27,274 nucleotides of DNA from a virus (Duplodnaviria; Caudoviricetes): the IMG/VR virus record IMGVR_UViG_3300017914_001755, positions 1-27,274 of that record, one strand, 5' to 3'. Shown here in pieces: positions 15,187 to 23,070 of the stretch (position 1 is its first letter; each line of letters starts with the position of its first letter). Both the position numbers and the translations under genes were made by a program. The notes below the pieces were generated by a model. That model made no database searches and was not told where the DNA came from. It saw only the letters and a program-made list of their open reading frames with translations.

Positions 15187-15878
15187 TGAGCGATATTGCT
15201 AAAAATATTATTGAACGCATGCGTGCAGACGGTAAACGTTTCTGGGCAGGCGATAACATATCTGAGTATATGTCTGATATGACTAAAGAAGCTTTGATTG
15301 ACGAAGCTACAGCAGCATTTGAGACTGTGCTAGATACTCTTTTGATTGATAGAGAAAACGATCCTAACTCTCATGGTACTGCTAAGCGATTAGCTAAGAT
15401 GTACTTTAATGAGATTATGGCTGGTAGATATGAGCCTATGCCTAAAGCTACCGCGTTTCCTAACGATACAGAAGATGCATATAAAGGTATGTTAGTAGTA
15501 AGATCAGAGTTAAAGTCTATGTGCTCTCATCATCATCAGCCTGTCTCGGGTGTAGCCTATATTGGTATTATCCCCGGAGACAAGGTGATTGGTCTATCTA
15601 AATATACTAGAATAGCACAATGGTGTGCTAGACGAGGTACTCTACAAGAAGAGTTGTGTAACGATATTTGTAGAGAGATACAGACAGCTACAGGCACTGA
15701 GCATGTAGCAGTATATATTCAAGCAACGCATGGGTGTTGCGAGAATAGAGGTATAGGAGCTCATAGCTCTTTGACTCAAACAGCTGTCCTAAAAGGACAT
15801 TTCATCGATGATAATATGACTACGAAGAAAGAGTTCTTTGATCATATTAAACTTCAACAAGAATTTGCACCAAGATAA
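15186..15878 (+). CDS. folE: GTP cyclohydrolase I
   Basis: T-x-x-RLAKMY, SMCSHH, GLSK-x-x-R, LQEEL, HGC-x-x-x-RG, EFF. Confidence 0.96.
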   Translation: MSDIAKNIIERMRADGKRFWAGDNISEYMSDMTKEALIDEATAAFETVLDTLLIDRENDPNSHGTAKRLAKMYFNEIMAGRYEPMPKATAFPNDTEDAYKGMLVVRSELKSMCSHHHQPVSGVAYIGIIPGDKVIGLSKYTRIAQWCARRGTLQEELCNDICREIQTATGTEHVAVYIQATHGCCENRGIGAHSSLTQTAVLKGHFIDDNMTTKKEFFDHIKLQQEFAPR

Positions 15879-15888
15879 GGAGAAAGAT

Positions 15889-16494
15889 ATGTTGAAAGAT
15901 TGGTTCAATCTCGCAGATGTTAATCGTGAGCTACTTATGAAGCTAGTTGCTTTACATCTGGTGATTATTGCTGCATCGAATTATATCGTGCAGTTTAGTG
16001 GTACAGTGTTTGGTTATCACTTTACATGGGCAATGTTTGTATTCCCATTAGTAGTTATTGCTACAGATTTGACTGTGCGATTAACTAACAAATATCAAGC
16101 AAGAGCTGTTGTTGCTCTAGCGTTTCCGCCAGCTATTATCATTAGTGCGTTAATTGCTGATTGGCGAATTGGTTTTGCTAGTGCTCTAGCTTATCTAATT
16201 GGTCAAATGTTTGATGTCTCTGTCTTTCAAAGGATTAGAGAAAAGTTTACAGAAATGTGGTGGGTAGCTCCTGCTATCTCAACTGTAGTTGCTAACTTAG
16301 TTGATACATATCTGTTCTTCTATGCTGCCTTTGCTAATCATCCTACTAATGAGTTTATGGCAGCTAACTGGTTAGAGATTGCTACTGTAGATGTAGTCTT
16401 TAAGATTATTACTTCACTAGTATTATTCTTGCCAGTATATGGTGTGCTTCTTGCATATCTTAAAAATAAGCTAGCTGTTACATCAGCTGGTTAA
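15889..16494 (+). CDS. yhhQ: Queuosine precursor (preQ0/preQ1) transporter, YhhQ/VUT family
   Basis: IIAASNYIVQ, FTW-x-x-FVFP, ATDLTVR, RI-x-x-AS-x-x-AY-x-x-GQ-x-x-DV-x-VF, WW-x-AP-x-x-ST, DT-x-x-FF-x-x-AF. ATG at 15889 follows AGGAG and is preferred over 15838. Confidence 0.9.
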   Translation: MLKDWFNLADVNRELLMKLVALHLVIIAASNYIVQFSGTVFGYHFTWAMFVFPLVVIATDLTVRLTNKYQARAVVALAFPPAIIISALIADWRIGFASALAYLIGQMFDVSVFQRIREKFTEMWWVAPAISTVVANLVDTYLFFYAAFANHPTNEFMAANWLEIATVDVVFKIITSLVLFLPVYGVLLAYLKNKLAVTSAG

Positions 16495-16504
16495 CCTAAC
16501 GCAG

Positions 16505-16537
16505 AAGAGAGAGCTAAACCTTGGCTCTCTCTTTCTT
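16505..16537 (+). terminator. Terminator-like / processing hairpin after yhhQ
   Basis: AAGAGAGAGCTA-AACCT-TGGCTCTCTCTT (12-bp stem) followed by only a weak U-rich tail (TCTT). Confidence 0.55.
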
Positions 16538-16557
16538 ATAATATAGATATAGGAGAG
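16531..16557 (+). promoter_or_regulatory. RBS-occluding hairpin with embedded TATAAT, upstream of dpdA
   Basis: 16531-16540 CTTTCTTATA pairs with 16548-16557 TATAGGAGAG (10 bp, 2 G-U, 7-nt loop). TATAAT lies at 16537-16542; same geometry as 397-435. Confidence 0.6.
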
Positions 16558-16561
16558 TTGT

Positions 16562-17341
16562 ATGAAGATAGCGCATGAAGCACCATTAAGTATTTTTGAT
16601 AAGGTACAAGAGTTAACTGATTATGATTATTTTCTAGTTCATCTGTTTGAAGAGAATGAAGACTATCTTAAAAAAGCTAATGAGTGTGTAGCTAAAGGTA
16701 GAGAGACTATTTTAGATAATTCTATTTTTGAGTTAGGGACTGCTTGGGATGCTAGTAGGTTTGCTTGGTGGGTTAAAGCTGTGCAACCTACTTATTATAT
16801 TGTTCCAGATGTATTAGATGATTGTGATAGAACTATAGATTCTTTCGAACGTTTTATGAAGCAATACCCTGATCTTCCTGGTAAGGTTATAGCTGTTGCA
16901 CAAGGTCAATCATATAATGATCTTGTATTATGTTACAACTATTTTAAGAATGATGATAGAGTAGATAAGATTGGAATGTCTTTTAATCATCCGTTCTATC
17001 AAGGGTATCCAGGTGATAATCAGTATGAGAAGATGTTAAATGGCCGTCAAGATACTATATCTAAGATGATTGAAGAAGGTATTATTAATACAGATAAACC
17101 TCATCACTTGCTAGGCTGTGGTTTGCCTCAAGAGTTCAAAGCTTATAAGAACTATAGCTGGATAGATAGTATTGATACTTCTAATCCTGTTATTCATGGT
17201 ATTAAAGGTATATGGTATGACGCTCAAGGACTAATGAATAAAGAGTCAGTTAAGTTGTATACGTTAATGAATGAAGATGTTAGTTCTGCATGGGGAGCCA
17301 TTGAGTATAATATTAAAACGTTTAGGAGTTACTGCAGATGA
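16562..17341 (+). CDS. dpdA: TGT-fold DNA 7-deazaguanine transglycosylase (DpdA-like; subfamily uncertain, possibly DpdA3)
   Basis: ILDNSIFE (TGT DSGGF equivalent), IVPDV, AVAQG, HHLLG, SIDTS. Short, with no C-terminal zinc site; sits at the centre of a phage Que cluster. Confidence 0.75.
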   Translation: MKIAHEAPLSIFDKVQELTDYDYFLVHLFEENEDYLKKANECVAKGRETILDNSIFELGTAWDASRFAWWVKAVQPTYYIVPDVLDDCDRTIDSFERFMKQYPDLPGKVIAVAQGQSYNDLVLCYNYFKNDDRVDKIGMSFNHPFYQGYPGDNQYEKMLNGRQDTISKMIEEGIINTDKPHHLLGCGLPQEFKAYKNYSWIDSIDTSNPVIHGIKGIWYDAQGLMNKESVKLYTLMNEDVSSAWGAIEYNIKTFRSYCR

Positions 17342-17862
17342 AATGGGTTGCTTTATTCTCACAAACGGGGTCGGAGATTAGAGAGTTATCACAGAGGTTA
17401 GGCAGATCGCCTGACCTCATTTATACTAACAATAGAAATAATGATGTCTGGATTCATAATATGAAAGACGTTGATAGTCAAGTGTTAGTGTTTAATCATA
17501 AAGATATTATGCATAGGTTAAAGAACTATCAAAAAGATAGTACTATTACTCTGCATGGCTATCTTAGAATTATTCCTGCAGATGTATGCAGTGAATGTAA
17601 TATTATTAACGGGCATCCAGGTCTTATAGATGAGTATCCTTGGCTTAAAGGTAAAGATCCTCAAGAAAAAGTAGAGTCATGGATGCGTATGATTGGCTCT
17701 GTATGTCATAGAGTTACTAAAGATCTAGATAGCGGAGAGATTCTGACTAGAGCTTTTAGAGCTCATAGAGATGTAGAAACATTTAAGAGTAACTATTATA
17801 ATATATTAAGACAGACGTCGTTAGAAGCATGGGAGAAGTACTTTGAGCAATACGAGACCTGA
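17338..17862 (+). CDS. dpdN: PurN-like formyltransferase (candidate dPreQ1 formyltransferase)
   Basis: ALFSQTGS, LHGYLRII, INGHPGL (N-x-H), G-x-x-x-H-x-V-x-x-x-LDSG (catalytic D); ATGA overlap with dpdA. Confidence 0.7.
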   Translation: MKWVALFSQTGSEIRELSQRLGRSPDLIYTNNRNNDVWIHNMKDVDSQVLVFNHKDIMHRLKNYQKDSTITLHGYLRIIPADVCSECNIINGHPGLIDEYPWLKGKDPQEKVESWMRMIGSVCHRVTKDLDSGEILTRAFRAHRDVETFKSNYYNILRQTSLEAWEKYFEQYET

Positions 17863-18109
17863 TCATTATAATGCTAATGATGGTAAGCCGTCATGCATTG
17901 ATATTATTGAGATGTTATGTGATGATCATCAGAACGATGTATTTACTGACTATAATCGCTATCAAGCGTTTAAGTATCTATGGCGTTTAGGTAAGAAAGA
18001 TGATGCATTGCAAGATCTTATCAAAGCTAAGAACTTTATTCAATTTGCAATTACTAAACTAAAGAAAGAAAGAGGATTAGAATTAGATGACACAGATGTC
18101 CAAGATTGA
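17843..18109 (+). CDS. DUF3310-like protein (T7 gp1.7 nucleotide kinase-related domain)
   Basis: P-x-HY, CID-x-IE, KYLWR-x-GKK, QDL-x-KA-x-x-F; TTG start. Confidence 0.75.
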   Translation: MSNTRPDHYNANDGKPSCIDIIEMLCDDHQNDVFTDYNRYQAFKYLWRLGKKDDALQDLIKAKNFIQFAITKLKKERGLELDDTDVQD

Positions 18110-19022
18110 AGAAATTGCTAGTAAGCATTTAGGACGTACTTCTGATGGAGGTACGATGACCCGATATGAGACTCCGGACGCTATTGATGCTTCGTTGTTA
18201 ACTCCTATCCCGCGTCATCTTAATAGAACATCATATAGTATCGGTACTGATACATTTACAGGTTTTGATACTTGGAATGCATATGAAGTATCGTTTCTAT
18301 TAGATAATGGTTATCCTATCTCAGGTGTAGTTAAGTGTGTTTATCATCAAGAGTCTGAGTCTATTGTTGAGTCGAAGTCAATTAAACTTTATCTTAACTC
18401 ATATAATATGGCTAGGATGGGTACATCAGTAGAGAATGCTATTCGTAGAGCTGAAGAGCAGATTGAAGCTGATCTTACTGAGTGTGTTGGTGCTAGAGTA
18501 AAAGTAAAACTATTTAGAGATGAGTCAGATGTGCTTGAGCAGCAGAGATATAATATGCTTGAAGATCTAGTTATTCTAGAAGATATGACGTTTGACGCTT
18601 ATGCAGAAGATCCAGCTATTCTAGAAGTTATGCCTTCTACTAGTGATGAATGGACTGATACTAAAACGTTCTATACTACTAATGCATTACGTTCTAATTG
18701 TAGAGTTACCAATCAACCTGACTGGGGTGATATCTATATCTATATTGATGGTGAAAAGACTATTACTCCTGAATCGATGCTAAAGTATATTGTATCTATG
18801 CGTACAGAGAATCATTTTCATGAAGAGATTTGTGAGTGTGTAACTAAACGTCTTATGGACTTGCTACCTGGTCATGAGATTGCTGTAGCATGTTTATATA
18901 CTCGTAGAGGTGGTATTGATATTAATCCTGTAAGAGGTACTTCTTCTAGAGCCATTAATGCTGCTGGCTTCAGTGAGTTAGGTTTTATTGGCAGGCCACA
19001 TCTAAAGACAGCGAGGCAGTAA
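18087..19022 (+). CDS. queF: NADPH-dependent preQ0 reductase, bimodular (type II) QueF
   Basis: PIPR, D-x-WNAYE-x-S, QueF motif VESKSIKLYLNS, catalytic SNC-x-VT-x-QPDWG, FHE, YTRRGGIDINP. Confidence 0.95.
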   Translation: MTQMSKIEEIASKHLGRTSDGGTMTRYETPDAIDASLLTPIPRHLNRTSYSIGTDTFTGFDTWNAYEVSFLLDNGYPISGVVKCVYHQESESIVESKSIKLYLNSYNMARMGTSVENAIRRAEEQIEADLTECVGARVKVKLFRDESDVLEQQRYNMLEDLVILEDMTFDAYAEDPAILEVMPSTSDEWTDTKTFYTTNALRSNCRVTNQPDWGDIYIYIDGEKTITPESMLKYIVSMRTENHFHEEICECVTKRLMDLLPGHEIAVACLYTRRGGIDINPVRGTSSRAINAAGFSELGFIGRPHLKTARQ

Positions 19023-19231
19023 TGATTATAGAAAGACATGAAGACTATATGAAGAGACGCTCTCGTGAACTAGATCATGCAGAGCATCTTAAACTTGAAG
19101 TAGCTTATCTTAAATCACAGCTACAACCTCATGATACAGGACATTATCATACAACAATTAGAGTATTAGAAGATAGGATAGATTATTATGAAAATGACAG
19201 AAGCGCTAAAACGTCTTCCATCGACGGATAA
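19022..19231 (+). CDS. Hypothetical protein
   Basis: TAATG coupling to queF, GAGG upstream; fills the gap before queC. Confidence 0.55.
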   Translation: MIIERHEDYMKRRSRELDHAEHLKLEVAYLKSQLQPHDTGHYHTTIRVLEDRIDYYENDRSAKTSSIDG

Positions 19232-19931
19232 GAAAGTTGTAATTACACATAGTGGTGGTATGGATAGTGCTACTGCAGTTATCTTAGCAGAGGGTAAGTA
19301 TGGATCAGAAAACGTCATCTCAATCGGATACGACTACGGGCAAAAGCAGAGAGTGGAGCTTGAACGAGCTTCTGAGTTATGTGCCAAGCTTGGTGTTGCA
19401 AGACATATTATCCCTCTTAGCGTCCTCGGTGATATTGTTCGTAATGTTAGTGCGAACATTGCTGGTACAGATGTGGAGATGCCTACGATTAAAGATATTC
19501 TAGGTAATCCTCAACCTCCTACATATGTACCGTTTCGTAATATGATTATGTTTTCATTAACTGCTGCGTTTGCTGAAGCTAATGCTGCTAGTCATATTAT
19601 TTGTGGGTTGCAAGTACATGATGAGTATAGCTATTGGGATACTACTCAGCGTTTCGTAGATGGTATTAATAATATCTACAATCAGAATAGATCATGGCCT
19701 GTAGAACTAGTAGCACCTTTTGCTGATCTATCTAAGACTCAAGAGTTAGAACTACTAGAAGAAGCAGGTAAGATTCATTTACTTGAGCATTCTCTTACTT
19801 GCTATGATCCTGATGAGAATGGTCACTCATGTGGTAAGTGTCCTTCTTGTGCAGAAAGAGTTAAAGCATTTATGGATATGAAGATGAAAGACCCTGTACC
19901 TTATTCTATTGATATTCCTTGGAGTGTGTGA
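19188..19931 (+). CDS. queC: 7-cyano-7-deazaguanine synthase
   Basis: SGGMDS PP-loop, YGQ, TYVPFRN, AP...SK, zinc site TCY...CGKCPSC-x-x-R. Confidence 0.95.
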   Translation: MKMTEALKRLPSTDKKVVITHSGGMDSATAVILAEGKYGSENVISIGYDYGQKQRVELERASELCAKLGVARHIIPLSVLGDIVRNVSANIAGTDVEMPTIKDILGNPQPPTYVPFRNMIMFSLTAAFAEANAASHIICGLQVHDEYSYWDTTQRFVDGINNIYNQNRSWPVELVAPFADLSKTQELELLEEAGKIHLLEHSLTCYDPDENGHSCGKCPSCAERVKAFMDMKMKDPVPYSIDIPWSV

Positions 19932-20548
19932 TGTGTGCTATATTTGGTTCCTATGAAGAAGATGAGTTCTTTGAATTAGCTAAGTTGAATAGTTATAGAG
20001 GTTCTCATAGCTATTCTATCTCTTACTACGATGGTAAAAGCATTCAGCTAGTCGATAAAGGTTTCGGTGAGATGCCTAAAAGATCTCTTGATCATAGATA
20101 CTATATTATAGGTCACGTTCAAGCACCTACAACAGAAGCTGATAGTATGGATAATATTCATCCTGCAGTTGATAAAGGTGATATGCTATGGCATAACGGT
20201 ATAATTAAGGAGCATGTTGTAAATGAGCTTAGAGCCAGATACAAAATTAGTGAAACTTGGGATACTGCTATTATTCTATATTTGCTTAATACAGGTCAGT
20301 TTCCAAATATTCTGAGTGAGTTAGATGGCTCATTCGCATGTTTATGGTATGGTAAATATAACCCATCTCTAAGATTGTTTAGAAATGATAACTCTCCTAT
20401 GTTTGTGCATGGTAGTACTATATCATCGACTAAGTTTAAAAATTCTAAAGAGTTAGAAAGTAATATTGTATATGAGTATAATAACGGTAAATGGCGTGAA
20501 ACTCAGTATACATTTAACACAGCAAACACATTTTATTGGAGCGCATAA
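19931..20548 (+). CDS. Class II (Ntn) glutamine amidotransferase-like protein
   Basis: The ATG at 19931 (TGATG overlap with queC, GGAG upstream) gives M-C-A-I-F-G with an N-terminal Cys; also RG, GH-x-x-x-PT, HP, WHNGII, DT and GSFA. Confidence 0.82.
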   Translation: MCAIFGSYEEDEFFELAKLNSYRGSHSYSISYYDGKSIQLVDKGFGEMPKRSLDHRYYIIGHVQAPTTEADSMDNIHPAVDKGDMLWHNGIIKEHVVNELRARYKISETWDTAIILYLLNTGQFPNILSELDGSFACLWYGKYNPSLRLFRNDNSPMFVHGSTISSTKFKNSKELESNIVYEYNNGKWRETQYTFNTANTFYWSA

Positions 20549-20901
20549 TGACAAATTTTACTCGTATTAAAGAATGGTCTGATGAGAGACTTATTACTCA
20601 GCAAGAACCAGATCGTAACGGCTTTATTGCTATGATTGTAGAAGAGTGTGGTGAGTTTCTAGAATCACCCGATACAGAAGGTCGTATCGATGCTATGGCT
20701 GATATGATTGTATTTGCATATGGTGAGATGGCTAAATATGGTTACGATGGTGATAAGGTTATGGATGAAGTAATTAAAGAGATCTCATCTCGTACAGGAG
20801 CATATAATCCAGAGGTAGGTAAATGGCTCAAAGACAAGTCACCTGAAGCTCAAGCTAAATGGTATAAAGCTGACTTTAGTAAGTGTAAGTTGGAGGATTA
20901 A
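20548..20901 (+). CDS. MazG-like all-alpha NTP pyrophosphatase
   Basis: IKEW-x-x-ER, EE-x-GE, D-x-x-x-D-x-x-V, EI-x-x-RTG...GKW-x-K; ATG at 20548 coupled by TAATG. Confidence 0.75.
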   Translation: MTNFTRIKEWSDERLITQQEPDRNGFIAMIVEECGEFLESPDTEGRIDAMADMIVFAYGEMAKYGYDGDKVMDEVIKEISSRTGAYNPEVGKWLKDKSPEAQAKWYKADFSKCKLED

Positions 20902-21093
20902 ATGGGAGCTGGTAAATATAATTCTGATGAAAATAAAATGGTAGGTACTGTATCTAATAAAATTAAGAATATGTCTCATAAGGAACGGCTTCTTAATCGC
21001 AGACGCAGGCTAGAACAAATGACAGAGTCAGAGAAAGCTATTATGAAAAAGTATGGTAAAGATTGGACATCTGCTTATAGGGAGACCTTTTAG
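20902..21093 (+). CDS. Hypothetical protein
   Basis: SD GGAGG; abuts both neighbours. Confidence 0.6.
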   Translation: MGAGKYNSDENKMVGTVSNKIKNMSHKERLLNRRRRLEQMTESEKAIMKKYGKDWTSAYRETF

Positions 21094-21278
21094 TGAATTT
21101 GAAAAAAGGTCAAAAACTTGTAACTTTTGTTTATAATAGAACAGAAGGAACAGCTCTTGTTACGTATTGGTATAACGGAGCTTATAAAGATCCATCCTTT
21201 ATTAAGAATGTATCAATAGAAGAAGCGAATAAACGATATGACGACTTGGTCAAAGAAGGCTACAGAAACGCTTTCTAA
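21093..21278 (+). CDS. Hypothetical protein
   Basis: GTG start coupled to TAG; GGGAG upstream. Confidence 0.55.
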   Translation: MNLKKGQKLVTFVYNRTEGTALVTYWYNGAYKDPSFIKNVSIEEANKRYDDLVKEGYRNAF

Positions 21279-21423
21279 TAGAATGAAATTTCTAATGATA
21301 TGGTATAATACTGCTGTCCAGGATAATAATGTCTGGGCAGCAAAAACTGCTATGTCGCATTATAATAGTTTGAAGTATGAGTTACGTAGACACAATACAG
21401 TTAATCAACGAACTAGCGTTTGA
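21238..21423 (+). CDS. Hypothetical protein (start uncertain, 21238 or 21283)
   Basis: Fills the gap between neighbours on the coding strand; no clear SD. Confidence 0.4.
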   Translation: MTTWSKKATETLSNRMKFLMIWYNTAVQDNNVWAAKTAMSHYNSLKYELRRHNTVNQRTSV

Positions 21424-21817
21424 AGTAAGAAACTTTGAACGCTCTAAAGACAATACCAAGTGGAAATGGTCTTGTGTTGTTTGTGGTGATTCTAAGAAAG
21501 ATCTTCGTAAGGCTAGATTTGGAGTAGCGAGAAAGCAAAATGAGTTTGTTTGTAATTGTTTTAACTGCGGCTATAGTGGTCATTTTAACTTCTACTTAAA
21601 AGAGTATCATCCTCATTTATATGAGAAGCTTGTTGTTACTAAGATAAAAAATAACCAACCCACTCTTTATGATCAAAATGATCTAGTATCAAAACTTCCT
21701 AACGAGATACTTAAGCATATATTCTATAATGGTAACGTAGATAAACTACGTGAGATTAAGTTAAATATTAATATAAGTAATCAAGAGAAGTTAAAGGCGG
21801 CATTTAATGGACGCTAA
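21377..21817 (+). CDS. gp61 primase-like N-terminal zinc-binding domain only
   Basis: MSYVD...RNF...C-x-x-CGDSKKD-x-x-KAR...CFNCG...YLK...LY matches the T4 gp61 N-terminus; the protein stops at 146 aa without a TOPRIM domain. Confidence 0.75.
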   Translation: MSYVDTIQLINELAFEVRNFERSKDNTKWKWSCVVCGDSKKDLRKARFGVARKQNEFVCNCFNCGYSGHFNFYLKEYHPHLYEKLVVTKIKNNQPTLYDQNDLVSKLPNEILKHIFYNGNVDKLREIKLNINISNQEKLKAAFNGR

Positions 21818-22427
21818 TTATATTAGAGTATTTGATAACTGTTTAGATGAAGAGTTTTGCGAATTTTGTATTGATACTTTTAATAAAAATTTAGAGTATA
21901 CAAATACTCAAGATAAAGATTCAAAATCATTTCATACTAAATTAACTCAATTATCTATAACTAGACGTTATTTTGATAATGGAGATAAAGATTGTGAGTA
22001 CATTCACAATAAACTTATAGAAGTAGGGCGTGTAATTGTAGACGATTACATTGCTAATTTACCTTCACCGGTTTATCCTCCTGCTATAGATAACTGGGAA
22101 CCATTTAGACTTAAAAGATATCTTCCTAATGGAGATGAAGGTTTTGGTCTTCATGGTGATTGCATTAACTTAAGATCTCATCCTAGATGGCTAGCTTTCT
22201 TTTGGTATCTTAATGATGTAGAGGAAGGTGGTAGAACTATTTTCTCTTATGATGGAGAAAATGAAATGGGAGCTATTGACGCCAGACGGGGCCGGTGCTT
22301 AGTATTTCCGCCAACATGGACCTATCCTCATATTGGAGAGAAGCCAATATCAAATGAAAAATATATCATAGGTTCATACTTACATTTATTCACTCCAGAG
22401 GAGTTGAGAGAGGCGTATAAATTATGA
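21807..22427 (+). CDS. 2OG-Fe(II) oxygenase (prolyl 4-hydroxylase-like)
   Basis: RY, H-x-D (HGD), WYLNDVEEGG-x-T, FPP-x-WTYPH, KYI. Confidence 0.9.
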   Translation: MDANYIRVFDNCLDEEFCEFCIDTFNKNLEYTNTQDKDSKSFHTKLTQLSITRRYFDNGDKDCEYIHNKLIEVGRVIVDDYIANLPSPVYPPAIDNWEPFRLKRYLPNGDEGFGLHGDCINLRSHPRWLAFFWYLNDVEEGGRTIFSYDGENEMGAIDARRGRCLVFPPTWTYPHIGEKPISNEKYIIGSYLHLFTPEELREAYKL

Positions 22428-22828
22428 TTAGAATACTAACTTATATTTTCTTTGCAATATGGATTGCTATGGCAGCATTTTTATTTCTTATTCCTAATGC
22501 AGATGCTCAAGAAGGACCAAGAGCACAATTATATCAAAAACCTGTCCTATGTGCAGCCACATCTGATCAAGCTGTTGAAATGTTATCTCAAGTTAAAAAA
22601 GATGGAATGCTTCCTTTAATGTATTTTAGAGGTAATTCATTTAATGGAGATGGTTCTAAATTTAACGCTGACTTCTTTATTTTGTTTAACCCTCAAGAAA
22701 GTATTATTACCTTCCTAGAAATTCAACCTAATAATGGTTTTACTTGTTTAATTTCTGGAGGTACTGGAAATGTAGAATTTAATCCTAAAACAATTGCTGA
22801 TTTATTAGGATGGGATAACATCCAATGA
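22424..22828 (+). CDS. Putative exported/membrane-anchored hypothetical protein
   Basis: Hydrophobic N-terminus ending in ADA-Q; KPVLC...TCLI Cys pair. Confidence 0.65.
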   Translation: MIRILTYIFFAIWIAMAAFLFLIPNADAQEGPRAQLYQKPVLCAATSDQAVEMLSQVKKDGMLPLMYFRGNSFNGDGSKFNADFFILFNPQESIITFLEIQPNNGFTCLISGGTGNVEFNPKTIADLLGWDNIQ

Positions 22829-23070
22829 AATTCTATATTTTGATTATTATGATGGCTCAGCCAGGCGAAAATATAAAACATTATTTATATGATAACATGC
22901 CTTTTAGAGATGTAGAGGAATGTCAATCTTTTGGTCAACAATATTGGCAGCCTCTTACAAATTTAGCTTCTATGAAACATGGTGTTCCTTGGCAAAATAT
23001 ATTTTGTATTCCAGAAACTAGTATAGATAATGAGTTAATCTCAAATGTACTTAACAGGAAATCTGTATGA
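22825..23070 (+). CDS. Hypothetical protein
   Basis: ATGA overlaps at both ends; F-x-x-x-EEC...CIP pattern common in small phage proteins. Confidence 0.6.
   Translation: MKFYILIIMMAQPGENIKHYLYDNMPFRDVEECQSFGQQYWQPLTNLASMKHGVPWQNIFCIPETSIDNELISNVLNRKSV

Noticed and set aside
15841-16561. Possible preQ1 riboswitch near yhhQ or the que genes
   Set aside because: Intergenic gaps are minimal and I could not find the preQ1-I pattern (AGAGGTTCTAG...CCCTCT...AAAAAACTA). An Rfam/Infernal scan would settle it.
12935-19931. Interpretation as host tRNA queuosine biosynthesis genes or a bacterial operon
   Set aside because: The context is phage core genes. No queA, queG or queH is in the window, and the TGT-fold protein is short and lacks the zinc site of tRNA-guanine transglycosylases.
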